From Octopus vulgaris (Eukaryota): a DNA stretch of 64,000 bases. The stretch is from the NCBI GenBank assembly GCA_951406725.2, contig OX597814.1, forward strand, positions 69,936,001-70,000,000, given 5' to 3'. The notes below the pieces were generated by a model. That model did not search any database. It was not told the DNA's origin and was given only the letters and a program-made list of their open reading frames with translations. Below are positions 50,700 through 62,900 of this stretch, piece after piece (the first letter of the stretch is position 1; every line of letters begins with the position of its first letter). The position numbers were made by a program, and so were the translations under genes.

Positions 50700-52400
50700 A
50701 TTATAATGATGAGCAGTAATAGCTTTCTGAACTTAATCCATCATTTTCTTATGTTAGTAACTATATTTTCAAAACCGTTTTTTCCACTGCTAAATAGATC
50801 ACTCAGATAACAGAAACTATTTACTACCTTTAGGGATCTTCCTGGGCACTTCAGAAAATGTTCTTAGAGTTTATTGCTCCGGCACATCTACCACATATAA
50901 AGTATGCTTCAATATTCTTGTAATTCCACTGTGTTCGTAGTTTGCACTGAGTACACTTTATATATTTTTATCACTTTTCTCCATATCAAGCAGGGTTATA
51001 GATTCTTGCTTACTAGAACTTTGGTTCCTGCTAAATTAACTATAAGGTCCTCTGATTCCACCTCAAATTTCTTCTCTAATTCTATCAAGCATTCTGCTGT
51101 TAGAAAGAGGTTACTAGCATATTGTAGTTCTCGTAGTAAATAGTCTCAAATTCCTCTGTAATGGTCTGGAGAACTATGGTGACTAGGAACTAAGTCTGTC
51201 TGACCTACCTTTACACTAAATTCATTGCCATCATTAATTCTGATACACTATCTTGCAGTCCAGAACATCATACTGTAAAACATAGGCAAACCTCTTACTT
51301 TTTGCTATCGACACTTGTCACCCAACTTCTCTTGTAGCTACCTGATATAATTTTCTAATTCCATTTTTCCAGTCTTTTGAAGCTTGTCTTTTCACTTTCA
51401 TGGCTCTGTCTACCTCACTGTCCAACCATCATATCACTCTCAGTTTGGCTGGGACTTTGTACCATCCACTGATTTAGTTGTCCTGTAAGAATTTCCAGTT
51501 GTCATCTGCGATTTTGTCTCTATCTTCTGCTCCTTCTCATCATATGTTTCAAATAGTACTTTACTAAGTTTCCCATTGTTCACTGGATCTTTGAGCTTCT
51601 ACACCTTACTTTTCCAGACTGGTTTGTATCTCTGAGTCCTTTCAGCTCCAAGTCATTAGCCACTAACCTATGCTGGTTTGTACATTCTTTATTCAGGAAA
51701 AACTTTGCATTCACAAGCATCTGTCTATGCCATTTGCTGGTGAGAATGTAGCTAATCTGGTTTATGTGCCTTCCAGATTAGTATGTGATCAGGTAGCTGT
51801 GTGGTTTCCTGAAGTTCATGTTACAGATAAGTCATTTGCATCACAGAACTTCAGTAGCTTTGTTTGCTTCTCATTTCTAGAACCAAAGCTCCACACAACT
51901 CAGTGGAATTCATCTGGCTAGTGTCTGTCACGTCCATTTAAGTCACCAAACATAACATCATTGTCATTCATTCTTAAGGTGATCTACAAAAAAGCCTTGT
52001 AAAATTGGTTCATTTGCCTGTTTAGCTGAACCACAAATTTAGTAGTAATAAATGTTACTTGCTTTTTGCAAGATTGGTCTTAGCTCGACTATCGTCGCAT
52101 ACTCTGACAATTTTAGTTGTCTCATCTACCCATTGCCTACACCACTCATCTCATTACTGATGCCCACCCAAAGGAATTTGTACCTTTGTTCCTTGCTCAT
52201 GAGTAGTCTAGCTGAGGCTCCCCTCCATCTTAAGTTTTGCATGCAGCACATATCTACACAGTTCTGCTATAGCATTTCAACAATCTCAGTGGACCTACCT
52301 TTCATTGAGCCTATATTGAGTGTAGTGTCTCCAAAGCTATGAACTTAATAGGAAGAGTGTGTGTGTGTGTGTGTGTGTAACTGAGGATTTTTATCAGCAC
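50700..52400 (-). mobile_element. Old RTE copy (APE plus partial RT), heavily decayed
   Basis: Minus-strand similarity to 14000-16800 (LNIGSMKGRSTEIVEML, CCMQ..RWRGASARL). Confidence 0.72.
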
Positions 52401-52647
52401 CTGCAAAGATGATTTTTCCAAGTGCTTAGCAGGTGGAAGAGGGCTCTTGCACATGTCCAGCAAAATTAAAACCAATCAATTACAACTCAGTGAATTATGA
52501 TTTTTCTCAATCTTGCAAACTATTTGAAGCAAGTAGCTGCAGATAGAAAAGGGAGATGTGGGTAAAGAGGAAGTATAGGTTTCTGGTTAGCTGGAAGAAT
52601 TGAATGTTTTTGAATATATGTAATTATTTTTTCTTTCTCTATTTCAG

Positions 52648-52799
52648 ACTTTTGCTTCTTGGTATTTCCAGTAATATCAATGTGAACCAGTTGCATCTTG
52701 ACCTCAGTGGTAATGAATTGCGCTTTTCTCCACCATATGAAATTGATGTCATTATTGGTCACATGACAAATTTAATAAGTTTAGATATCAGCAACAACA
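52648..52799 (+). CDS. Internal exon of a CARMIL/LRRC16-like leucine-rich-repeat protein
   Basis: Encodes LLLLGISSNINVNQLHLDLSGNELRFSPPYEIDVIIGHMTNLISLDISNN, recalling CARMIL LLLGLACN...LDLS.NEL...I.SLDISDN. Acceptor ttctttctctatttcag and donor gtaagt; 152 bp. Confidence 0.78.
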
Positions 52800-53268
52800 G
52801 TAAGTTCATTTATAATCTTTCTCATAATTTACCATTGTTATGGCTTGCATTGGGGTGTGTGTGTGTGAACACATTTGAGTGACAGAGGGTTAGTCCATTA
52901 TGTTCATATCTCTTAAAAAATTTTAAGCTCTTCTCCTGCCTTCATTAGCACACATACATCTCTCTCTTTCTATTTTGCTGTATACTATTTTTCTGTATAT
53001 CATCATCATTTTATTAGCTATTTTTCCATACTCCCATATTATCCATGAATCTTCTTCAACATGATATCTTGTCATTTTTTTGTAGAATTTTGGCAACAAA
53101 TTATTTTATTTGCTCATTAATGTTCGAAACCTAGGTACAAGTGGTAACTATTGAAAATGTTTTTATTTTTCAACACCTTACTCTTAACCATGGTTTGGAC
53201 TTTGACTGTTCCTTTTAGCATGTAAGGTGTCCTGTTAGGGATCAACTCTTTTGTGTGTAAATGTACAC

Positions 53269-53307
<39 letters not shown>

Positions 53308-53324
53308 GTATGAATGTGTATGTG

Positions 53325-55118
53325 AATCATCATCATCATTATCATCATCGTTTAACATCCGTTTTCCATGCTAGCATGGGTTGGACAGTTTGACTGGGGT
53401 CTGGGAAGCCAGAAGGCTGCACCAGGCTCCAGTCTGATCTGGCAGTGTTTCTACAGCTGGATACCCTTCTGCCAACCACTCCATGAGTGTAGTGGGTGCT
53501 CTTTGCATGCTACCAGCACACGGACCAAAGGAGGCTGGCAACAGCCATGATCGGTTGGTGCTTTTTACATGCCACCGGTACGGGTATCACAACTACCATT
53601 TCCATTTGATTTTCATTTTCATGTTAATGTACTTGACTCAATAGGTCTTCTCAAGCACAGCAGGTCGCCCTATGATCCAAGGTACTTTTGAATGGGCTGG
53701 GGCTGATTATACGAAACTGGTGTAGGATACAGCCATGAACTCACTTTGCAGTCACAGCATACCTCCAGAGGTCTCGGTCTTTTGTCATTGCCTCTGTGGG
53801 GCCCAACGTTCGAAGGTCATGCTTGACTACCTCATCTCATGTCTTCCTGGGTCTACCTCTACCCCGGATTCCTTCAACTGTTTGGGAGTGGCTCTTCTTC
53901 ACACATCTCTCCTCATCCATCCATAGTACATGACCATACCAGTGCAAACGTCTCTCTTGCACGCTTCTTATGTCCAACATTTGTCTCAGGGTGCTTACAC
54001 TCTGTCATGTGTGCACACTGATATTACACATCCGGTGGAGCATGCTAGCTTCATTTCTTTTGAGCCTACGCATCTCCTCTGCAGTCACAACCCATGTTTC
54101 ACTGCTGTGAAGCATGGCAGTTCACACACATGTTTTTTACAATCTACCTTTTACTCTGAGCAAGAGGCCCTTTGCCACCAGTAGGGGTAGAAGCTTTCTA
54201 AACTTTGCCCAAGCTATTCTTATTCTAGTGGTAACACTCTCAGGGCACCCCCACTTCTAACTTGGTCACCTAGGTAGCGGAAGCTATCAGCTACTTCTCA
54301 TTTCTCCCCCTGGAGTGTGATGGAATCTACTTTTTTAGCATCTGTGGTGTTTGTTGCCCCTGTGGATCTGCCACACATGAAATCTATCTTCCCGGTTAAT
54401 CTTTGATATTGCTGCACCTCATTATGTGTCCATAGCTTACATTGAGTACATCTTATGGAGTTTCTACCTATCTGAGGGGTATGTAATGAGTTTGCCTTCC
54501 TACTTACTGGAACTATTGTCTTTGGTACATTGACTCTATGGACTTTTGATTCTAAACCTTGCTTCCACACCTGAAATTTCTTCTAGTTCTGGTAGTGATT
54601 TTGCTATGAGGGCCAAGTCATCAGCATAGAGGAGCTCCCAGAGGCAACCCATCTAGAATTCCTCTGTTATTGCCTGGAGGACTATGATGAATGAAAGGGG
54701 ACTGAGAGCTGATCCTTGGTAGACCCTACTTCTACTTGGAATTCTTCACTATACTCATTGCCAATCCTAACCTTCTCTGTATAGGGCTTGTACAGCCCTT
54801 ATTAACCATTCGTCAATCCCCAGTTTCCACATCGCCCACCAGATAAAGGATTGGGGGACCCTGTCAAAGGCTTTCTCCAAGTCCATAAAAGCTAAGTATA
54901 GGGGTTTATCTTTAGCTAGGTATTTCTCCTACAGTTGTTGAACCAGGAATATAGCATCAGTGGTGCTTCTACTTAGCACAAAACCGAACTGCATCTCATC
55001 TAAGCAGATTCTCTCCCTAATGAGATGGGTTATGACCCTCTCCATGGCCTTCATCACCTGATCCTGCAGTTTGATACCCCTCTAGTTATTTCTAGCTAGC
55101 GCATAACCTTTACCTTTT
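53325..55118 (-). mobile_element. 5'-truncated RTE (RT to (ATG)n tail)
   Basis: Homologous to 1-990 and 13546-15130; (CAT)n tail at 53325. Confidence 0.9.
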
Positions 55119-55449
55119 CACCATTAACACTTTAAATGTATTGTTTACTATTTAAATGTACTGTTTACTGACTATTTTTTCTCAGAAGCTAACTAATTGA
55201 ATTAGGATAATTACTCGTTTCTTGGCCTGTTTAATTTCTAATTCTTCCTTTCTCTAGTTTAATTTCTCATCTGCTATGAACACTATGAATGTATTCTATA
55301 CTAAACATTCCTGCTACTTTCGTTTGTTCCTCTTACCATCTCCCCAAATTAAACTCACTTGTTCATGTTGCACCCACTCTGTCCTGCCCCCACCACCAAT
55401 ACCGGATATCTCAATCTTTACCCTGATCTTTATCTATCTTTATCTATAT

Positions 55450-56612
55450 AGTGGAGGTGGATGCCCAGAGAGTGTCATCACTAGAATAAGAATAGCCTGG
55501 GCAAAGTTTCGAAAGCTCCTACCCTTACTGGTGACAAAGGGTCTCTCGCTCAGAGTGAAAGGTAGATTGTATGATGCATGTGTGCGAACTGCTATGCTTC
55601 ACGGTAGTGAAACATGGGCTGTGACTGCAGAGGACATGCGTAGATTTGAAAGAAATGAAGCTAGCATGATCCGCTGGATGTGTAATGTCAGTGTGCACAC
55701 ACGACAGAGTGTAAGCTCCCTGAGAGAAATGCTGGACATAAGAAGCGTCAGATGTGGTGTGCAAGAGAGACGTTTGCGCTGGTATGGCCATGTACTGCGG
55801 ATGGATGAGGAGAGATGTGTGAAGTGCCACTCCCAAACAGTTGAAGGAATCCGGGGTAGAGGTAGACCCAGGAAGACAGGGGATGAGGTAGTCAAGCATG
55901 ACCTTCGAACATTGGGCCTCACAGAGGCAATGACGAAAGACCGAGATCTCTGGAGATATGCTGTGACTGCAAAGACCCAGGCTGCTTCCTCCACCAGTTT
56001 CGCATAGCCCCAGCCCATCCAAAGTACCTGGATTGCAGAACGACCTGCTGTACTTGAGGAGACCTATTGAGTCAAGTACATCAATATCAATATGAAACAA
56101 ATATCAGATGGAAATTGTAGTTACGCGATACCTGTGCCGGCAGCACATAAGAAGCACCATCCGAACGTGGCCGATGCCAGCGTTGCCTTGACTGGCTTCT
56201 GTGCCGGTGCACATGACCTGCTGTGCTTGAGGAGACCTATTGAGTCAAGTACATCAACATCAAAATAAATATCAAATGGAAATTGTAGTTGTGATACCTG
56301 TGCTGGTGGCACATAAAAAGCACCATCCAAACGTGGCTGATGCTACCACCGCCTTGACTGGCTTCTGTGCCGGTGACACGTAAAAAGCACCAACTGATCA
56401 TGGCCGCTGCCAGCCTCCCCTGGCACCTGTGCCTGTGGCATGTAAAAAGCACCCACTACACTCATGGAGTGGTTGGCGTTAGGAAGGGCATCCAGTTGTA
56501 GAAACACTGCCAGATCAGACTGGAGCCTGGTGCCGCCTCCTGGCTTCCCAGACCCCGGTCAAACCGTCCAACTCATGCTAGCATGGAAAATGGACGTTAA
56601 ACGATGATGATG
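55450..56612 (+). mobile_element. 5'-truncated RTE (ORF end, 3' UTR with a ~172-bp tandem duplication, (GAT)n tail)
   Basis: RIRIAWAKFRKLLPLL...RLRWYGHVLRM; 56042-56214 is repeated at 56215-56380. Confidence 0.92.
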
Positions 56613-56646
56613 GTAATATGTATATATGTGTGTGTGTGTGTGTATG

Positions 56647-56726
<80 letters not shown>

Positions 56727-56826
56727 GAGAGAGAGAGAGAGGGAGAGTTTATGAAAAAACAAAAGACGAAGACAGGTAGGGTACAAAACAAACATGTATT
56801 AGTGTAACGCTCAGGAATAGAAAAAG

Positions 56827-56863
56827 TCTTTTACGTTTTGAACCTACGCTCTTCTACAGAAAG
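56827..56863 (-). ncRNA. Degenerate hammerhead (A6U family, G12A) in a pLTR relic at 56745-56890
   Basis: CUUU CUGUAGA A GAGC-GUAG-GUUC AAAA CG UA AAAG. Confidence 0.55.
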
Positions 56864-56958
56864 GGACACCGAAAAAACAAGGAGAGAAACAATATATATA
56901 TATATATATATGTGTATATGTGTGTCTGTGTGTATATATATGTGTGTGTGTATAAAAA

Positions 56959-57842
56959 CACAGGTTGTGTGAAAAGTAAGCAGGCATTAAAAATATGTAA
57001 TAAAATCCATTTTCCTTTTTCAAATTTATTGAAACAAATTATATATGTTCTTTATTACATGGGAAAATGAAAGTAAATCTTCATATTTCAACATAAGCAC
57101 CAGTGCCATCAACCAGTTTCCTCAAATGACCAGGGATGGAATGAAGAACTTTCTGAAGGATGTTGTCTGGAATGTCATTGAGAATCTCCTCCTGGATCCA
57201 TGTCTCCAAGTCCTCCAGTGTGCAAGGTTTTTTCTTGTACACCTCCTTTTTTATGTAACCCCGCAGGTAAAAATCACATGGAGTAAAATGTAGACTTCTT
57301 GGAGGCCATTCCATATTCCATTCTGCAGTCACAGTTTCGGGTTTTAGCTCCTGCACGTAATGGGGTTTCTACAGATGAAAATTCAATTTTTATGCACCAC
57401 CATATATATTGTGTCTCTTGTTTGCTCACTTTCATGACCTGCTTGACATGTTGATTTTTGCAGGCTGTGATTAAACATGTCCTGCACTGCTGCCATGTTC
57501 TCTAGTGATCAAGATGTGCTTGGACGGCCACTTCCTGCATCATTCACAGAGCCCATGGTTATCAGCTTTACCTGATAACTTTTTATTGTTGCATGCTTAC
57601 CTTTCCATGCACACCACCATCTCTGAACTAAAACAATGGAATTCCACACTGCATAGAGTGCCATTATCTTAGCTTATTCATGAACAGTCAAGCGACTGGC
57701 CATCTGGAAAATGAGTAATAAGACAATAGGAAAATAAGAAATCCCCTTCAGTGTTGTTGGTTTAAAATGTTTTTGTTATGACTTCAGTGATATTAAAAAA
57801 TTCTATAACCGATTTCTAATGCCTAGTTACTTTCCACCAACC

Positions 57843-57846
<4 letters not shown>
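56959..57846 (-). mobile_element. Tc1/mariner (maT/DD37D-like) internally deleted transposon
   Basis: WPPRSLHFTPCDFYLRGYIKKEVYKKKPCTLEDL. Imperfect ~30-bp TIRs ending in AAAGTAA..AGGCATTA at both ends. Confidence 0.82.
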
Positions 57847-57892
<46 letters not shown>

Positions 57893-57899
<7 letters not shown>

Positions 57900-58012
57900 A
57901 CAAGATAAGGGCAGAAGAAAAATTCTAATGCCAGATACGCCGAAACAAAAAATGTTTTGTTTCGGCGTATCTGGCATTAGAATTTTTTTTCTGCCCTTAT
58001 CTTGTAAATTAT
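57893..58012. repeat. 120-bp near-perfect palindrome adjoining (TA)n
   Basis: ATAATTTACAAGATAAGGGCAG...CGAAACAAAA-AATG-TTTTGTTTCG...CTGCCCTTATCTTGTAAATTAT. Confidence 0.92.
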
Positions 58013-58559
58013 GTATAAATTTTACCTTTAGAGGCATTTTTTGATATGCTGGCCATTGATAAAATTTTTTCCCAAAAAAAATGTTATCCTATATTTATTA
58101 TATATATATATATATAATTGAATAAAGTTCTCAAGCTCACAGGTATTTTGTCATGTAAATGTTTCACTGTTTTATGAGATCTAGTTGTGTTTCCTCGGGT
58201 GATATATAAATATTGTTTCCATTACACTCATATTCTCAGGGTCAAGCACATCCTCTTTCTCTGTCATGGCCTGCATAGTAGTAGTAGCTACTCAGTGTAT
58301 GAAAATGTATTGTGGTTGGAAGTCTGTTGATAAACTCATTTAAATGTATGGATAGAGTGGAATGGTGGTTTTTGAGGTTCATATTAAAGGGGGTGCCATT
58401 CAATTTCTTTGTAATGTCAATTTATTCTTCATGGTTGGTTACACTTGCCATTGTCCTTGGCTGACCTCCAAGAATTCAGTTGGTGAACTTACAGGTACAT
58501 ATATGTCATTCTGTATAGATCTGTATATATACACACCCATAGTGTTCTTATAGCCGAAT

Positions 58560-59040
58560 CACTACCAGACTAGAGAAGAAATATCAAGCATGGAAGCAAG
58601 GTCTATAATCAAAGGGCCTTATAGTTAACTTAGCAAAAACCAAAGTCTTAGTAAGTAGGCTAGCAGACAAATCACAAATCCCTTCAGGCAGATGACCCTG
58701 CTCGATCTGTAGGAAAGGCATTAGTGGAAACTTCATAAGATATACCCAGTGCAAGCTATGGACACAGGTGGTGCAGCAATATCAGAGGAAGGTTAATTGG
58801 GAAAATAGTTTTTGTATGTGAAAGATGCACAGGTACAATAAACACTGAAAATATACAGAAAGTAGACTTCATCAACTGCTAATGGGATAAGCTAGCGGTA
58901 GAAGATAGCTTCCATTGTCTAGGTAACCAAGTTAGCAGTGGAGATGTATGTTCCTAGAACATAGCTGCAAGAATAGGATTAGGCTGGGCTAAGTTTAGAG
59001 AGCTCCTACCTCTGTTGGCAACAATGGGCCTCTCTCCATC
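58560..59040 (+). mobile_element. RTE RT C-terminal fragment
   Basis: Similar to the reverse complement of 13950-14390. Confidence 0.78.
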
Positions 59041-59094
59041 AGATATATATATATATATATATATATACAAGAGAAAAGCAACAAGATGGATTAG

Positions 59095-59187
59095 TTTTTC
59101 AGTACAATTGTTTCATACGAAGAACAGCTTTATTAAAAGCTGCAAATGTTGCAGCAAATACAAGTGTCCCGTACTCATCAGCCAAAA
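59095..59187 (-). ncRNA. Type I hammerhead ribozyme (left arm)
   Basis: UUUUGG CUGAUGA GUACG...CGUAU GAAA CAAUUG UA CUGAAA; palindromic stem III ACAAUUGU. Confidence 0.8.
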
Positions 59188-59342
59188 CACATATGAGTTC
59201 TCCAAACATCTTAGTGGGTGAGGCTACACTCATGAAGTATCGAAGAGAGTTCTTACAATCTAAATTTGCTTTTTATAGATCTCTCTTCGATACTTCATGA
59301 GTGTAGCCTCACCCCCTAAGATGTTTGGAGAACTCATATGTG

Positions 59343-59434
59343 TTTTGGCTGATGAGTACGGGACACTTGTATTTGCTGCAACATTTGCAGCTTTTAATAA
59401 AGCTGTTCTTCGTATGAAACAATTGTACAGAAAA
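59343..59434 (+). ncRNA. Type I hammerhead ribozyme (right arm)
   Basis: TTTTGG CTGATGA GTACG...CGTAT GAAA CAATTG TA CAGAAAA; one stem I mismatch. Confidence 0.75.
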
Positions 59435-59579
59435 ACTTCTCCATCTTGTTGCTTTTTTCTTGTTTATAATCACCCCACATTATTTTATGGTTAATACCAT
59501 ATAAATTTCTGGTGCATCTAAGTTAAGTACCGCATTCATGTGAATTCATTGGAACTCACTTGAATCTTAATTGCTTTTA

Positions 59580-59631
<52 letters not shown>

Positions 59632-59690
59632 AAATTTATATATATGTACATAGATATGTATATCTATATGTATATATATGTCTATGTATG

Positions 59691-59735
<45 letters not shown>

Positions 59736-59739
59736 ATTA

Positions 59740-59910
59740 TTTTACTTGCTTCAGTCATTTGACTGCAGCTATGCTGGAACACCACCTTTAGTCGAGCAAA
59801 TCAACCCCGGGACTTATTCTTTGTCAGCCTAGTACTTATTCTATCGGTCCCTTTTGCCAAATCGCTAAGTTACGGGGATGTAAACACACCAGCATCAGTT
59901 GTCAAGCGCA
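59740..59910 (-). mobile_element. SINE 3' fragment
   Basis: Matches 44780-44947. Confidence 0.85.
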
Positions 59911-59999
59911 CACACACATACATGTATACACACACACACACACACACACACATACATATATATATATTTGTTAATATATTTTCAAATACTCTATCTTCT

Positions 60000-62900
60000 A
60001 ATTAGCCTTAATATCTTCTTGTCTTCTCTCGAACATATTTAGATAGATAAACAAATAGACAGATTATCCAGCATGTCCAGAGCCTGGAGACCTGACGAAC
60101 TAGAGTTATTCGTACGAGCCTGGAAATGCGCCGACGGAGATAGCCCTAGCGAGGTGATTGTGGCTGCGGTGAAGAACAACGGCTACAAGAGGACAGCGGC
60201 TCAGATGGAGCGAAAGAGATGGGAATGCATGCGCTTATACGGTCGCACATTGGCGCACTTGATGCCATCTTTGAGAATGAGCGGGGCAAAGATGGCAAGA
60301 ATGGAGATGATGAAAGAAGTCACCCCCACCTGGTGGACGCCTGGGAGGAGGTTTTGAGTGAGAAACCTGCCTGGGAAGTGAACCCAGGTGCAAGTTCTCC
60401 AACCGGCAGCAAGGGCCATGGAGACGGAGAACCCAGTGAAGAGGTAGAGGGAGGAGGAAGAACTAAAAGAAGGACTGGAAGAGCTAAAGGAAAAGCTCAA
60501 GCAGGACCAAAGGGTGAAACAACCAGGAATAGAAGTGGAACCGCAAAAGATGGAAACAAACAGCGCACACGGGTGTGTAGGTTCTACCTGAGAGGTTCCT
60601 GCTGACATGGAAAGGAAGGTGCAGGCTGCCGCTTTGCACATCGGGGACCCTGCCACAGAGACACGAGGCAGATGGACAAACCATCAACACAAGGAAAAGG
60701 GATGGACCACGCACCACCTGCCCCAAAGCGGAGGTACGCAGATGTTGTGCGTGCCACAAACCGCCAACATGATGTTGTCGAAGGGCAGCTGCTGAGCAAC
60801 AATCTTTTTTGTGCATGGCACAAAAGATTGTACAGCAGCTGACCTGGCTTCATCAAACCCAAGCCCGCAGGTGGGACTATCCACTATATACAAGACCACC
60901 ACAGCAAACAGACCCAGGATGGACACCGCCGGCAACAACGTACACCTCACCTCGATGCTCCTACTGAACATCAGAGGGCTGCAAACACTCTGTAACAGGA
61001 CAAAAATCCCGTTCCTGAGAGACTTTGTTGCATGCAATCAAGCCTTATGCATAGCACTTACGGAAACGCACCTGAAACCGGACATAGCAGATGCGGAGTT
61101 ACACATACCACAGTATGCTGTACTACGGACCGACAGAAAAGAAAGGAGTCATGGAGGTGTTGCTATGTACATCCGTGAGGACCTCACACCCCAGGTCCTC
61201 TTGTCATACTCAAACTCAGTATGTGACACACTAATTGTATATATTAGGCAACTTGATGTAGTTGTATGTGCTACATACCGCCCTCCAGATGCCCCAAGCC
61301 ATGTGGGCAAGTTTGAAGACTGCCTTATAAAAATAGAAGAAGTTCTAACCACATTAGAACAACACATAAGTGTACTTCTTATGGGAGACTTCAATCTGCC
61401 CAATGTCAGATGGCCCGAGGGCCTTTCTCTCCCAGGAATGACAAGATGTGAACGAGGACAGGCGAGGTCCCTCCTGAACCTCATCAACACCCTGTACATG
61501 GAGCAGGTAATACTCCAACCAACCAGGGCAGGTAACACACTGGATCTCTGCTTCACAAATGACATGGATCTCATCCATAATGTGAAAGTGACACCGATCA
61601 CAACATGATAGAGCTGACCATGTACGGGCCAAAAGAGAGCACGGACATGCAGCCTACAAGAAACCCTCAGAATCTTTCCAGCTTGAACTACCATAAGGCA
61701 AACTGGAAACAAATTGAGAAAGAGATCCTCAAACAAAACTGGCCTAAATGTCTCTCCTCGCCAGACATCGACGTGAAACTTCAACAATTCATGTCTGTAA
61801 TGCAAGCCATATGCTACAAATGTGTCCCACAGAGAAAGGCCACTGTACACAAGAACAAAATCCCCAGAGAGAGGAAAATTCTAATGAGACGGCGTACAAA
61901 ATTTTCAAATCGCCTAAACAAACAGATTGAAAGCAGTGAAAAGTCCCGCCTAAAAATAAAACTGTTGGAAATCGAAAAATGTCTGCAACTCTCCCATGAA
62001 AAAGAAAGAGCAGACAAAGAAGCCTGGGCTATAGACAACATAAAATCTAACCCCAGAGCTTTCTACAGGTATGCCAAAGAAACAGCTACGGTGCACTGTA
62101 GAATAGGGCCACTCCTCGAAAAGGATGGCACACTTACAGGAAAACCAATGAGGGTAAGTGAAATACTGAATGAGCAATTCAAGAGTGTTTTCACTCCACC
62201 CCTTGGGCATCTCCAAATCACCAATCCAACTGACTTTTTTACCACTGCAGATATAAAATCAGAGGCGGCGACGATAGATTACATCGATATAAAGGAAGAC
62301 GATGTAATCAAGGCTATAGATGAAATGAAAACAGACTCAGCTACTGGCCCCGATGGATTCCTGGCAATCCTCCTAAAAGCATGTAAGAGAGTCCTAGAAA
62401 GACCACTGCAGTTCCTCTTTCAGAGCTTCCTTGCAGCTGGCAAACTTCGAAGAAAACTGAAGGAAGGTAAAATATGCCCCATTCATAAAGGAGGTAGCAG
62501 AGCAGAAGCCAAGAACTACAGACCTATCTCTCTCACCTCACACATCAGCAAGGTCATGGAACGAATAGTCAGAAGGAAGCTGATCACCTTCCTTGAAGAG
62601 AATGACTTGCTGCCCGACACCCAACATGGTTTCCGACCAGGGAGAAGCTGTTTAACTCAGCTCCTACAACACTATGACTGGGTGCTGAAACGGCTGCTCA
62701 ACCACTCAAATGTGGAAGTGATATATCTCGACTTTGCAAAGGCCTTTGATAAAGTCGATCATGGAATGATATGTCACAAACTGCGTGATCTCAACATAGT
62801 TGGAAAACTGGGAGAATGGCTTCATGACTTTCTGAAAGATAGAAGTCAGGTGGTAGTAGCCAATGGGGCACTTCCATTAACACGCAAATAGTGAGCGGTG

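Larger units (their letters stand above)
59067..59463. repeat. ~400-bp fold-back palindrome in (TA)n with a hammerhead in each arm
   Basis: 59067-59249 is the reverse complement of 59281-59463, with a ~30-nt spacer. An unpaired tail runs to 59582, then (TA)n. Confidence 0.95.

Noticed and set aside
53325-56612. Large inverted repeat
   Set aside because: Two diverged RTE copies in opposite orientation with different truncation points, not a single fold-back unit.
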